This document shows, piece by piece, positions 1-9,797 of a stretch of DNA of 64,000 nucleotides. This DNA is from an uncultured Chthonomonadaceae bacterium (GTDB lineage: Bacteria > Armatimonadota > Chthonomonadetes > Chthonomonadales > Chthonomonadaceae), in contig CAWFQB010000001.1 in NCBI GenBank assembly GCA_963817895.1, positions 992,001 through 1,056,000 of the forward strand, read 5' to 3'. Within the stretch, counting starts at the first letter, position 1. Each line of letters begins with the position of its first letter. The notes beneath the pieces are model-generated. The model did not search any database, was not told where the DNA came from, and saw nothing but the letters and a program-made list of their open reading frames with translations. A program made the position numbers and the translations under genes.

Positions 1-2
1 CC

Positions 3-560
3 GCCAGTTTGGAGATGGATCGGGAAGCGAAACGGCGCGGCCTGCGCTCCAGGTTTCTGGCGACCGGGCAGATCGGCATTTGCATCACCGGGGATCGAAC
101 ATTCGCTTCCGGTGTCGCGCTTGACGCGGTGCGGGTGGATTTCGCGTCCGGGGCAGTGGAGTCTATCGTGATGCGCAATGGACACGACCACGATATTCTG
201 CATGTGGAGGGGCAGGGTTCTTTATTGCATCCCGCTTCCACCGCATGGCTTCCGCTGATACGGGGCGCGTGTCCCACCCATCTTATTCTCACGCATCGGG
301 CCGGACAACAGGGGCTGTCCCGCTACCCGGACATTGCCATTCCGCCCCTTCCCCTCGTGTGCCAACTGTATGAGACAGTCTGCGCGGGGGGAGGCATACA
401 GCCGCCCGCCCGCGTGGTCGGTATCGCGCTCAACTGCGGGCATCTCAACGACGCGGAGGCAGAACGCGCCGTGCAGCAAACGCAGGCGGAAACCGGCCTG
501 CCGACCGTAGATGTGGTGCGGCAGGGGGCGGGATTGCTGCTGGACGCGATTCAGGCATGA
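3..560 (+). CDS. DUF1611 family P-loop protein, C-terminal part (runs off window start)
   Basis: Motifs FLATGQIGI, DAVRVDFASGAVE, VEGQGSLLHP and C-terminal GLPTVDVVRQGA are typical of DUF1611 proteins. Confidence 0.8.
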   Translation, partial: ASLEMDREAKRRGLRSRFLATGQIGICITGDRTFASGVALDAVRVDFASGAVESIVMRNGHDHDILHVEGQGSLLHPASTAWLPLIRGACPTHLILTHRAGQQGLSRYPDIAIPPLPLVCQLYETVCAGGGIQPPARVVGIALNCGHLNDAEAERAVQQTQAETGLPTVDVVRQGAGLLLDAIQA

Positions 561-611
561 AGGCTATTCTCACAGGCCAACAACATCAATGCGAAGAAAC
601 AGGGAGGACAC

Positions 612-965
612 ATGAACAGCGTAAGAGAACAGGCGCATGAACTATGGGACGTGGACGAAATCAAGCGGCACATGCTTTCGGAGGGCAGGCTGTCACCCCG
701 GTTTCATTTGTATCCGGGGGCGGCCTCCTGCGCGATTCGCATTATCTTTTTCGCGAAGGGAACCCAACTGCCGGACCACTTTCACGATAAGGGGCCAATC
801 TACAAGCTGGTTCTGGCGGGTCATATCCGCTACGACGATGACCAGGAGTTTCTGCCCGGAACGCTGGCGATTTTGCCGCCGGAGAAACCCTATCGCGCCG
901 AGGCGATGGAAGATACGTACATGCTCCTGATAGAACCGGGGGATGCCAGACTGGTAAACGTATGA
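612..965 (+). CDS. Cupin-domain protein
   Basis: RBS GGAGG; cupin-like GTQLPDHFH...VLAGHIRY...PGTLAILP...YRAEAMED. Confidence 0.65.
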   Translation: MNSVREQAHELWDVDEIKRHMLSEGRLSPRFHLYPGAASCAIRIIFFAKGTQLPDHFHDKGPIYKLVLAGHIRYDDDQEFLPGTLAILPPEKPYRAEAMEDTYMLLIEPGDARLVNV

Positions 966-1042
966 GGCTGCCGGACACAAGACCAACATGAGAAGCATGA
1001 AAAGATCGTATCGTAACACGAACCGGAAAGGACTATCGCAGA

Positions 1043-1919
1043 ATGTCGAACACCCTGTATTCTTTGTATCCCTCACCCTTCCATCAGGAGGAGGCGCTTG
1101 CGGTTTGCGAGGAGGAACTGAAAGTTTGCCGCGCTTCCAACAACCGCGCGGGCGAGGCAGAGGCGCTTAACAGTCTGGGCGTTGTGTACACAACACAGGG
1201 GCATTATGACGAGGCGGCCAGGGCAACTCAAGAGAGCCTTGCCATTTTCCGCAAGTGCGGGAACCGCGCCGGTGAGGGGCAAGCGCTTGGCAATATGGGA
1301 ACTCTGTACCAACTGTTGGGACGCCATGAGGAGGCGATTACGGTTCTGGAACAGAGTCTGCGCATCCGGCGCGAACTTCAAGACCGGGCCGGCGAAGGGG
1401 ACGCGCTCTACACAATGGGTATCTCTTGCGCCGCGCAGGGCCGCTATGACGAGGCAATCGCGGCCTATCAGCAGAAGTCTTGCCATTCAGCGGGCCACCA
1501 ACAATCGCATGGGCGAGGGCAACACGCTTACCTATCTGGGCAGCGCGTACCGAGTATTGGGCCACTATGACGAGGCGATAGCCACATATCAGCAGAGCCT
1601 TGCCATCAGCCGCGAAATCAATAACCGGGTTGGAGAAGGCCACGCGATTGGCAATCTGGGCAATGTATACACGGGGCAGGGCCGCTATGACGAGGCGATA
1701 GCCGCTTACGGGCAGAGCCTTGCCATCAAGCGGGAGTGCAAGGATCATATCGGGGAGGGGCAGACGCTCATAAATCTCGCGGCGGTACAGAATGCGCAGG
1801 GGCAGGCGGCGCAGGCGCTCGCTTATGCGCGACAGGCCGTAGAGGTACTGGCGACCACGCCCTCACAAAGAGATTTACAGAACGCGCAGAACCTGTTGGC
1901 GCAACTGCAAGGCGGCTAA
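1043..1919 (+). CDS. Tetratricopeptide repeat protein (one frameshift near 1475)
   Basis: Repeated ~40-aa units (GEGxALxNLGxxYxxxGxYDEAIAAYQQSLAI) continue from ORF 1043-1570 into ORF 1182-1919; CAGCAGAAGTCTT here vs CAGCAGAGCCTT in sister repeats marks a +1 indel. Confidence 0.85.
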
Positions 1920-1939
1920 GAAGCCCTTCCCATCAGGTT

Positions 1940-1967
1940 CCTCTTCTCCCAACTCTGGGAGAAGGGG
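1940..1967. repeat. Hairpin related to the CCTTCTCCC...GGGAGAAGG element at 58646-58851; possible terminator
   Basis: CCTCTTCTCCCA-ACTC-TGGGAGAAGGGG just after the TPR stop. Confidence 0.5.
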
Positions 1968-2228
1968 CTATGTCCACAAGTGGACGCCATCTACATGAAG
2001 GCTAAATGGATTGCCTACCACTCCTGCCCGCGTTGTACAATCTCCTCGCCGCTGAAATCGTGAATGTCCCATTGTCTCACGCTGCTCCTTTCCAAAACAA
2101 ACGTATCGGTTTTCGGCGGAAATGTGCTTTCATTATAGCATGACGCAGCCGCTGCCAATTCGTCTGTGCCGACGGCCTGCAAGAGCGAACCGCTGCTGCA
2201 TCAACACTCACTGCGAGGAGATACGCAT

Positions 2229-5076
2229 TTGAAATCACGGACTGCGACGCTGCTGCCGGGGCTGCTGTTGTGCCTGGCGTGTTTCTGCGCCCCGGCGTGG
2301 AGCAAAGGACAGGGCAAAATGGAATGTGAAAGCATCGCGCGACCCCGTTTTCATTTTGACGGCCTGCTCGGACAGCGCATCGAAGCCAACGAAACAAACT
2401 GGCTGCTGCGCGCCCCGCGTGACAATCCCGGCCTGCTTGATATGTTCCGGGTTCGGGACCGAAAGCCGGAACCCGATCTGGTTCCCTGGGCGGGCGAGTT
2501 CGTCGGTAAATATCTGATGTCGGCGATTCAGGCGCTGCGCATGTCCGACAATCCGCAATTGCGACGTTCAGACAAAGCAGATTGTGGCCGACCTGATCGC
2601 GACGCAGGCCGAAGACGGCTACATGGGGCCGTTTCCCCGCGCCGTCCGCCTGAAAGCGAATTGGGATTTGTGGGGACACTATCACTGCCTGCTGGCCCTG
2701 CTGATGTGGCACGAGGATACGGGCGACGCGGCTGCGCTGGCTTCGGCCCGCAAAATCGGCGACCTGATTTGCAGTACGTTTCTCCACACCAACCTGCGCA
2801 TACGCGACGCCGGTTCTCCCGAAATGAATATGGCGGTCATTCACGGATTGGGCGTTTTGTATCGGCATACGAACGAACCCCGCTATCTTGCCATGATGCG
2901 CGAAATCGAAACGGATTGGGAAACGGCGGGCGATTATTTGCGGCAGGGGATCGCGGGCGGTTCCATTTTACCAGACGCCGCGCCCGCGCTGGGAAAGCCT
3001 GCACGATCTACAGGGACTGGTGGAACTGTACCGGATTACGGGCGACGCGAAGTATAGGCTGGCGTTTGAAAACCTGTGGCGCAGCATTTTGCGCTGGGAT
3101 CGGCACAACACGGGCGCGTTCTCTACCGGGCGAAGGCGCGATCGGCAATCCCTACGCTCCCGGCGCGATTGAAACCTGCTGCACAATCGCCTGGATGGCG
3201 ATTACGCTGGATATGCTGCGGCTGACCGGCGATTCCCGCGTGGCCGACGAACTGGAATTGTCTACCTGGAACGCCTGCCTGGGCGCGCAGCATCCGAACG
3301 GCGAGTGGTGGACGTATGACACGCCCATGGCCGGAACCCGCATTCCCTCCTACAAAGCCATTGCGTTTCAGGCGCGTCCCGGTACGCCCGAACTCAACTG
3401 CTGCTCCGTGAACGGCCCGCGCGGATTGGGGATGCTGACCGAATGGGCGGTTATGCGCGATACAAACGGCCTGATCGTCAACTTCTACGGCCCCGGCTCG
3501 TTTCGAGGCAAACTGCCGGATGAAACGCCTGTTAGAATTGAAATGGGAAACCGGATACCCGCGCAGCGGAGTTGTACGCCTGCATGTTTCTCCTTCACAT
3601 CCGCATCGGTTTGCCCTGAAATTACGTATTCCCGCGTGGTCGCAGGAAACGTACGTAACAGTAAACCACAAAGCCGCCACAGGCAAGCGGATCGTGCCGG
3701 GGCGTTATCTCACGCTGCTAAACGAATGGAAGACCGGCGATGTAATCACGCTGAACTTCGACATGCGCCTGCGGATTGTCCCCGGAGCGCGCGAGGCGGC
3801 GAAGCATGTGTCACTCTATCGCGGCCCGCTTCTGCTTGCGTATGACACGCGCGACAACCACACCCCCATTGCGCAAATGCCTGCCCTGCAACCCTCATTT
3901 GAAAACGGGAATAGCCCCTCTTCAGGTAAGAAACGAGCCGCGAACGCGAGGCCGAGTTTGCGCAGGGGAGGAGTTGGGATGAGGTATCCACAAGACGCAG
4001 ACGCTTTGCTGCGTGTCGCTTGTCCCGCCGCGAATGGGCAGACGGTAATGTTGCGCGATTATGCGGGCGCGGGCGCGACGGGAACCGAGTACGCTTCATG
4101 GCTGCCCGCGCGGGACGCCCCGCCCGCGCCTTCCGAAGCCAAAACGCCCCCGGACGGTTCCACAATTGCGCCCGGTAAAATGCTGTTTCAATGGACTGCG
4201 CCCAAACCGCCCCTTCCCAACTGCTCGTATGCAATCGTTGTTTCGGAAAGCGAAGATTTTGCCCATCCTGTATGGAAGAAAGAGGGGTTGCGCGAGGCGA
4301 GGCTTGTCGTGGAAGCGGCAGAACTGCCCGCGTGGAAACTGAACCACTGGTACTATTGGAAAGTAATCGTCACCGCAAACCCGGGAGGAGTTTCGACAAC
4401 AACGGAAAGCGTTTTGCCGCCTGCCCGGTTCCGCGTGGATACCTCCCTGCCCCCATTACCGGAGAGTTTCTTTGCGCCCAAACCGCGCCGTGACCTGCTG
4501 ATTCAGGACGCCTTACGCGGCAAGTCCGCGCCCGGCATCGGCAGTGTACAGACGGTCGAGAGGTACGCTTCCGCACCCGGCCCGAAGGATGAGCCGAACG
4601 GCGCGGTTGACCTGAACGGCGTTTCCGACATACTGCGCTACAACATTGGCGCGTTCCCCGAAGAAGATTATTCCGCGCGCCTTGCCGTTCGCGTGGCGAA
4701 ATTGCCGACGGGATTGGGGCAGGTGTGCAGCGCGTGGGCCGTGTCGCAGGATGACCCGCTGCGTATCTGCGTGGAAAACGGCAAACTGTTCGCGCGCATG
4801 GAAGCGGGCGGCAACGGCTTTTCAACGGAAGGCGTTCCTGTACAACTAAATACGTGGATGCGCGTTGCTGTCGTGAAAGAGGAATCCACGCTCACTCTGT
4901 ATGTGGACGGGGTTATTCGCGGAGTGTGCCATGTGCCTGTAACGGTTCACTCAACGGCAAAAGACATCGCATTGGGCGGCAATCCGCACTTTGGGGGCAA
5001 AGAGTTTCTTGCCATTCGCGTGTCGGATTTTCGTTTTTACGGGCGGGCGCTTTCGCCACAGGAAGCACAGCGTTAG
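2229..5076 (+). CDS. Secreted GH127-like (beta-L-arabinofuranosidase family) glycoside hydrolase with C-terminal LamG-like domain; several frameshifts (~2575, ~2960, ~3128, ~3540)
   Basis: RBS AGGAG plus TTG; signal peptide; [41 protein letters not shown] motifs; LamG-like tail WMRVAVVK...LYVDG. Confidence 0.8.
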
Positions 5077-5293
5077 GCACATGGCTGAATCGGCAAATTT
5101 TGCGCGCAGAACGCGATTTTAGCGCGTGAATAGGGTATATCAAAGGGTATACAGAAGGTTTTCAGGCAGAGGAAACAGGCGTCTACATGAGAAGCAGGGG
5201 CCGCAGCGTAGTACAAAAGGCTGGTTCTCTTTGTTTGGGTTAATATGTCATAATTGACAGTTGGAAAGCCGTTTCAGGAGAAGTTGAAATTTC

Positions 5294-6337
5294 ATGAATA
5301 TAATACGCGGTCTGCTGGGGCGATACTCCCGCGATATGGGCATTGACCTCGGCACCGCCAATACTCTGGTTCATGTGCGTGGACGAGGGATTTTGCTGCG
5401 CGAACCCTCTGTGGTCGCCATCGAAAAAGATAACCATTCCAAAGTGCTGGCGGTGGGCGAAGAGGCGAAACGGATGCTGGGGCGAACACCCGGCAACATT
5501 ATCGCCATTCGTCCGCTCCGCGACGGCGTGATTGCCGACTTCGAGCAGACCGAAGCCATGATTCGCCGCTTCATTGAAAAAGTGCATCGGCGCAACTATC
5601 TGATTGCGCCGCGCATCGTCGTCGGTGTGCCCTCCGGCGTTACGGAAGTGGAAGAGCGGGCTGTCACCGAAGCAACGCGCAAAGCGGGCGCAAAAGAGGC
5701 GTACACCATTGAAGAGCCGATGGCGGCCGCCATCGGCGCGGGCCTGCCTGTCTCGGAACCGACCGGCAGCATGATTGTGGACATCGGGGGCGGCACGACG
5801 GAAGTGGCGGTTATCTCGCTTGGAGGTATCGTCACGAGCCGTTCGATTCGCATTGCCGGGGATGAAATAGACGAGGCCATTGTTAATTACGTGCGCCGCA
5901 CCTATAATTTGTATATCGGCGACCGCACGGCGGAGCAGGCCAAATTCGAGGTTGGCTCCGCGTATCCTGTCGGCCCGGAACGCACAATGGACGTGCGCGG
6001 GCGCGACCTGATTTCCGGCCTGCCGCGCTGCACGACGATTACCAGCAGCGAAATCCGCGAAGCCATTCAAGACCCCATCAACAGCATCGTGGAGGCCGTG
6101 AAAGTGACGCTGGAGAGTACGCCGCCGGAACTGGCAGCCGACATTTACGAGCGCGGCATCGTCCTTGCCGGCGGCGGCGCACTGCTGGAGGGTCTGGATC
6201 ATCTGCTGTCGCGCGAAACCTCTATGCCCGTTCACATCGCGCCCGACCCGCTCTCCTGCGTGGTACTGGGAACCGGCAAAGTGCTGGAAGAGATTGATAC
6301 CAACGCGATGCTGCGTAAAGTGCTGAGAAGTAGGTAG
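5294..6337 (+). CDS. mreB: Rod shape-determining protein MreB
   Basis: [45 protein letters not shown]. Confidence 0.98.
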   Translation: MNIIRGLLGRYSRDMGIDLGTANTLVHVRGRGILLREPSVVAIEKDNHSKVLAVGEEAKRMLGRTPGNIIAIRPLRDGVIADFEQTEAMIRRFIEKVHRRNYLIAPRIVVGVPSGVTEVEERAVTEATRKAGAKEAYTIEEPMAAAIGAGLPVSEPTGSMIVDIGGGTTEVAVISLGGIVTSRSIRIAGDEIDEAIVNYVRRTYNLYIGDRTAEQAKFEVGSAYPVGPERTMDVRGRDLISGLPRCTTITSSEIREAIQDPINSIVEAVKVTLESTPPELAADIYERGIVLAGGGALLEGLDHLLSRETSMPVHIAPDPLSCVVLGTGKVLEEIDTNAMLRKVLRSR

Positions 6338-6342
6338 ACGCC

Positions 6343-7209
6343 ATGCGCCCACAACGAGCGCCACACGCCCGGCGGTATTGGGCGGCTCTGATATTTCTCA
6401 TGTCGGGAACCCTGGCGGGCGCGTGGCACAATCGCAGCGCGGATCAGGGCAGGCCGGACGTCGTCAGCGGCGCGGTCAGAACCGTGGTGGCTCCTCCGGC
6501 GCGGGGCGTGGGGAGTGTGTCGCGCTGGTTCAGCGATCAGACGGGCTGGCTGCTGCATGGCCGCGCCCTGAGCGCGGAAAACGAGAAACTGCGTCTGCGC
6601 GTGGCGGAACTGGAGGGGCAAAACGCCGAGTATGTGGAGGCGCAGCGCCAGAACGAGCAACTGCGGCAGGATTTGAAGTTTGTGCAAAGCCAGAAACACG
6701 AGTTACTCTCCGCCGATGTGATCGCGCGGCGTCCCGATCCCAATTTCGATACCATTCTGATTTCGCGCGGCAGCCGCGACGGGGTAAAGATCAACAGCAT
6801 TGCCCGGACGCGCAACGGATTAGTCGGCAAAGTTTCGGAAGTGTCTCTCACGACTGCCACCGTGATTTTGCTGACCGACCCGAACGGCGGCGTGGGCGCG
6901 CGGGCGCAGCGCGCGGCTTCCAACGCGATTGGCGTTTGTAAAGGCGACTACTCCCCCCTGATTCCCCTGCTCGATCTGGCCGGTGACGCCGACATCAAAC
7001 CCGGCGATGTGATTGTCACGTCCGGCTTCAGTACGGTTGCGCCGGGTGGAACCAAAACCAACCCCAATGTGCTGCAAACCTACCCCAAAGGCATTCCCAT
7101 CGGCACGGTTGTCAGCGTAAAAGGAGAAGAGGGCAGCGTCAGTAAAATCGCCACCATTCGTCCGGGCGTGGACTTCGACCGCCTTGAAACGGTATTCGTG
7201 CTGCCGTGA
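6343..7209 (+). CDS. mreC: Rod shape-determining protein MreC
   Basis: Follows mreB; N-terminal TM, coiled coil (ENEKLR), GLVGKV, GDVIVTSG, YPKGIPIGTV. Confidence 0.93.
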   Translation: MRPQRAPHARRYWAALIFLMSGTLAGAWHNRSADQGRPDVVSGAVRTVVAPPARGVGSVSRWFSDQTGWLLHGRALSAENEKLRLRVAELEGQNAEYVEAQRQNEQLRQDLKFVQSQKHELLSADVIARRPDPNFDTILISRGSRDGVKINSIARTRNGLVGKVSEVSLTTATVILLTDPNGGVGARAQRAASNAIGVCKGDYSPLIPLLDLAGDADIKPGDVIVTSGFSTVAPGGTKTNPNVLQTYPKGIPIGTVVSVKGEEGSVSKIATIRPGVDFDRLETVFVLP

Positions 7210-7721
7210 CCCCATCCGCCCGCCGCGCGCTCGGCCTGAGCGTGGCCGTATTCCTCGCCGTGATTGCGCAGGCGGTTTGGGCTAACGCGCTGCACATCCG
7301 GGGCGCGCAGCCCGACTTTCTGACGGCAACCGCCATTATCTGCGCCCTGTTTTGCGACGCCAATGGCGGCGCGGGAATCGGGTTTGTGTGCGGCCTGCTG
7401 CTCGCGTCGCTTGCCGCCCCTCCGCATGGCGGTTTCGGCAGTCTGATTGTCAGCCGGGTTCTGGTCGGTTTCGGCGCGGGCTGGCTGGAAGAGCGTGTCG
7501 AGCGCGACAACCCCCTGCTTGCAATCGGACTGGTCACGGCGGGAACCGCGCTTGCCGGCTGCCTGTTTTTCCTCTTCGCGCCGCAACACGCCATCGGCCA
7601 CTGGGCGCGCGGCATGATGCTGACCACGCTCTACAATGCCGTTCTCGCCCTCCCCCTCTATTTCCTCATTCGCTGGCTGGCCGGAAAACCGGAAGATTCA
7701 ACCCGAAAAACCTACAAATAA
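7206..7721 (+). CDS. mreD: Rod shape-determining protein MreD
   Basis: GTGA overlap with mreC; hydrophobic; GAQPDFL and GFVCGLL motifs. Confidence 0.85.
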   Translation: MTPSARRALGLSVAVFLAVIAQAVWANALHIRGAQPDFLTATAIICALFCDANGGAGIGFVCGLLLASLAAPPHGGFGSLIVSRVLVGFGAGWLEERVERDNPLLAIGLVTAGTALAGCLFFLFAPQHAIGHWARGMMLTTLYNAVLALPLYFLIRWLAGKPEDSTRKTYK

Positions 7722-7797
7722 CTTGTGGGAGGGGCGCGCTTTTCTCCTGCCGCCGCCGCATGGTATAAAACCTAAAAGGTTTGTTGTCGGTCTGATT

Positions 7798-7825
7798 GCA
7801 GGAATCTGCGCAGTCATACAGGAAT
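7798..7825 (+). promoter_or_regulatory. Sigma-H-like promoter
   Basis: GCAGGA-N18-GAAT; fits the Bacillus sigma-H consensus (RnAGGAwWW-N11-12-RnnGAAT); repeated upstream of the paralog. Confidence 0.6.
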
Positions 7826-7922
7826 TATCAGGTTGTCTGGACGCTTCTATGAAGTCGTCAGGCTGCATATTAGACCGAGCCAACACCCACTCACCAATCT
7901 TAACCCATGAAGGAGCTTTTTC

Positions 7923-9626
7923 ATGAACACTGCTGTACGCAAATCTCGCGCGGTTCGCTTGCTGCCAGCCGCGCTCGTGGCGGCCCTGCTCCTCGTGCCG
8001 ATCCTCTCGCAAGAACAAACATTCTACGGTTCCGGCGGCTCCACAAACACCGCTCCCAACGTGACTAATCTGGCTTTTGGCTACCAGGCTCTTCTTTCCA
8101 ACACGGCGGGCTTTAACATCGCTATCGGCTACCAGGCTCTCCTGTCCAATAGTGGTGGAGTTGTCAACACGGCTATCGGGTATCAGGCCCTCAATTCAAA
8201 CACGTTTGGCGGTCACAATATTGGGATAGGGTATCAAGCCCTCTATTCCAACACCACCGGTGAAAATATTGGCATTGGCTTCCAGTCCCTCTACTCCAAT
8301 ACCACCGGCGTTGCTAACATTGGCCTCGGCGATTATTCCCTTTTCTTAAATACCACAGGGCAATACAACACCGGCCTGGGGATTGGCGCCCTCTACTCCA
8401 ATACCACAGGAAACTACAACATAGCCAATGGGAGCCAGGCTCTCTATTTCAACACCACGGGCAACAACAATACGGCAAATGGATTCTACGCCCTCAATGC
8501 CAACACCACCGGCAATGCCAACACGGCCAATGGCACCAACGCCCTCGACTTCAACACCACAGGCGGCCAAAACACCGCCGATGGGTATGAAGCCCTCTAC
8601 TTCAACACCACCGGCAATGCCAACACGGCGCACGGGTATCAGGCGCTCTTTAGAAACAGCACAGGAAACTACAGCACCGCCGATGGTTATCAGGCTCTCT
8701 TTGCCAACCTCGGAGACTACAACGCGGCCACAGGCAGTTTTGCCCTCAACGCCAACACCAGTGGCACCCAGAATGTCGCCAGTGGCGCCTACGCGCTCTA
8801 CGTCAACACCACAGGAAACAATAATGCCGCGCATGGTCATGCGGGACTTGCCGCCAATACCACAGGCAGCTACAACACTGCCGATGGCGATTACTCTCTC
8901 TTCCGCAACGTGACGGGCAACAACAACATTGGGTTAGGCTTCGGAGCGGGACAGAACGTGACAGGGTACAACAACATCGCTATCGGCAGTCCGGGCGTCA
9001 CTGACGAATCGGGAACCATCCGTTTGGGGACGCCCGGATTGCAGGGCGCAACTTACATCGCGGGCATCAACGGCGTGACGGCCAGCGGCGGCGCGTCGGT
9101 CTACATCAACGCCAACGGCCAACTCGGAACCCTCACCTCTTCGCGCAGGTTCAAGAACGACATCCACGACATGGGCAGCGTGAGCGAGAAGCTGATGCAG
9201 TTGCGTCCGGTCACGTTCCGCTACAAGGACACGGCGGAAAAAGGAACTCATGCGCGGCAATATGGATTGATTGCCGAAGAAGTGGCGAAGGTGTACCCCG
9301 ACCTCGTGCAGTACGACAAAGCGGGCAAGCCCTTCACCATCTACTACCACCTGCTCACCCCCATGCTCCTCAACGAACTCCAAAAAGAACATCGGCAGGC
9401 GGACGCTCAGAAAACTAAACTGGTGTCCTTAGAAGCGGCGCATAAAGCAGAGATTTTTGCTTTGAAATCGGAGTTGGCGGCTTTGAAGCAGTCACAACAA
9501 CAGCAACTTGCCGCCTTGAAGCAGTCGCAGCAACAGCAGTTTGCGGCCTTGAACAAACTCGCCAACATGGTAACTGCGTTCCAGAACAAAACGACCGGGC
9601 AACAGGCAGTATATACGCCCCGTTAA
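7923..9626 (+). CDS. Secreted fibre-like beta-helix repeat protein with peptidase S74 (intramolecular chaperone) domain and coiled-coil tail
   Basis: Signal peptide; ~14-aa repeats NTTGxxNTAxGxxAL; TSSRRFKNDI...LRPVTFRYK...YGLIAEEVAKVYPDLV. Confidence 0.85.
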   Translation: MNTAVRKSRAVRLLPAALVAALLLVPILSQEQTFYGSGGSTNTAPNVTNLAFGYQALLSNTAGFNIAIGYQALLSNSGGVVNTAIGYQALNSNTFGGHNIGIGYQALYSNTTGENIGIGFQSLYSNTTGVANIGLGDYSLFLNTTGQYNTGLGIGALYSNTTGNYNIANGSQALYFNTTGNNNTANGFYALNANTTGNANTANGTNALDFNTTGGQNTADGYEALYFNTTGNANTAHGYQALFRNSTGNYSTADGYQALFANLGDYNAATGSFALNANTSGTQNVASGAYALYVNTTGNNNAAHGHAGLAANTTGSYNTADGDYSLFRNVTGNNNIGLGFGAGQNVTGYNNIAIGSPGVTDESGTIRLGTPGLQGATYIAGINGVTASGGASVYINANGQLGTLTSSRRFKNDIHDMGSVSEKLMQLRPVTFRYKDTAEKGTHARQYGLIAEEVAKVYPDLVQYDKAGKPFTIYYHLLTPMLLNELQKEHRQADAQKTKLVSLEAAHKAEIFALKSELAALKQSQQQQLAALKQSQQQQFAALNKLANMVTAFQNKTTGQQAVYTPR

Positions 9627-9679
9627 TCGTTTCCCAAAATACTAACAGCCACAGGAAACGGTTTGCTGCCGTTCGGATT

Positions 9680-9707
9680 GCAGGAATCGGCATAGTCTTG
9701 GAAGAAT
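9680..9707 (+). promoter_or_regulatory. Sigma-H-like promoter
   Basis: GCAGGA-N18-GAAT in the same GATTGCAGGAATC...GAATTAT context as 7798. Confidence 0.6.
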
Positions 9708-9797
9708 TATGAGACAGCCAAAACGATTTCAAACGTTCGGCTGCGTCCTATACCAGGCCAATACCCCCGGCTCTCTCAACCCTCGAAGGAGTTATCC

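Noticed and set aside
2015..2072. Tiny minus-strand ORF remnant (MGHSRF/SGEEIVQRGQEW) with an AAAGGAG RBS
   Set aside because: It may be the start of a small hypothetical protein family, but it is too short and broken to call.
5240..6364. Long antisense or alternate-frame ORFs (also 20323-21507, 21535-22602, 23707-24957, 46046-47206)
   Set aside because: Shadow ORFs opposite well-supported genes, expected in GC-rich DNA, with no motifs.
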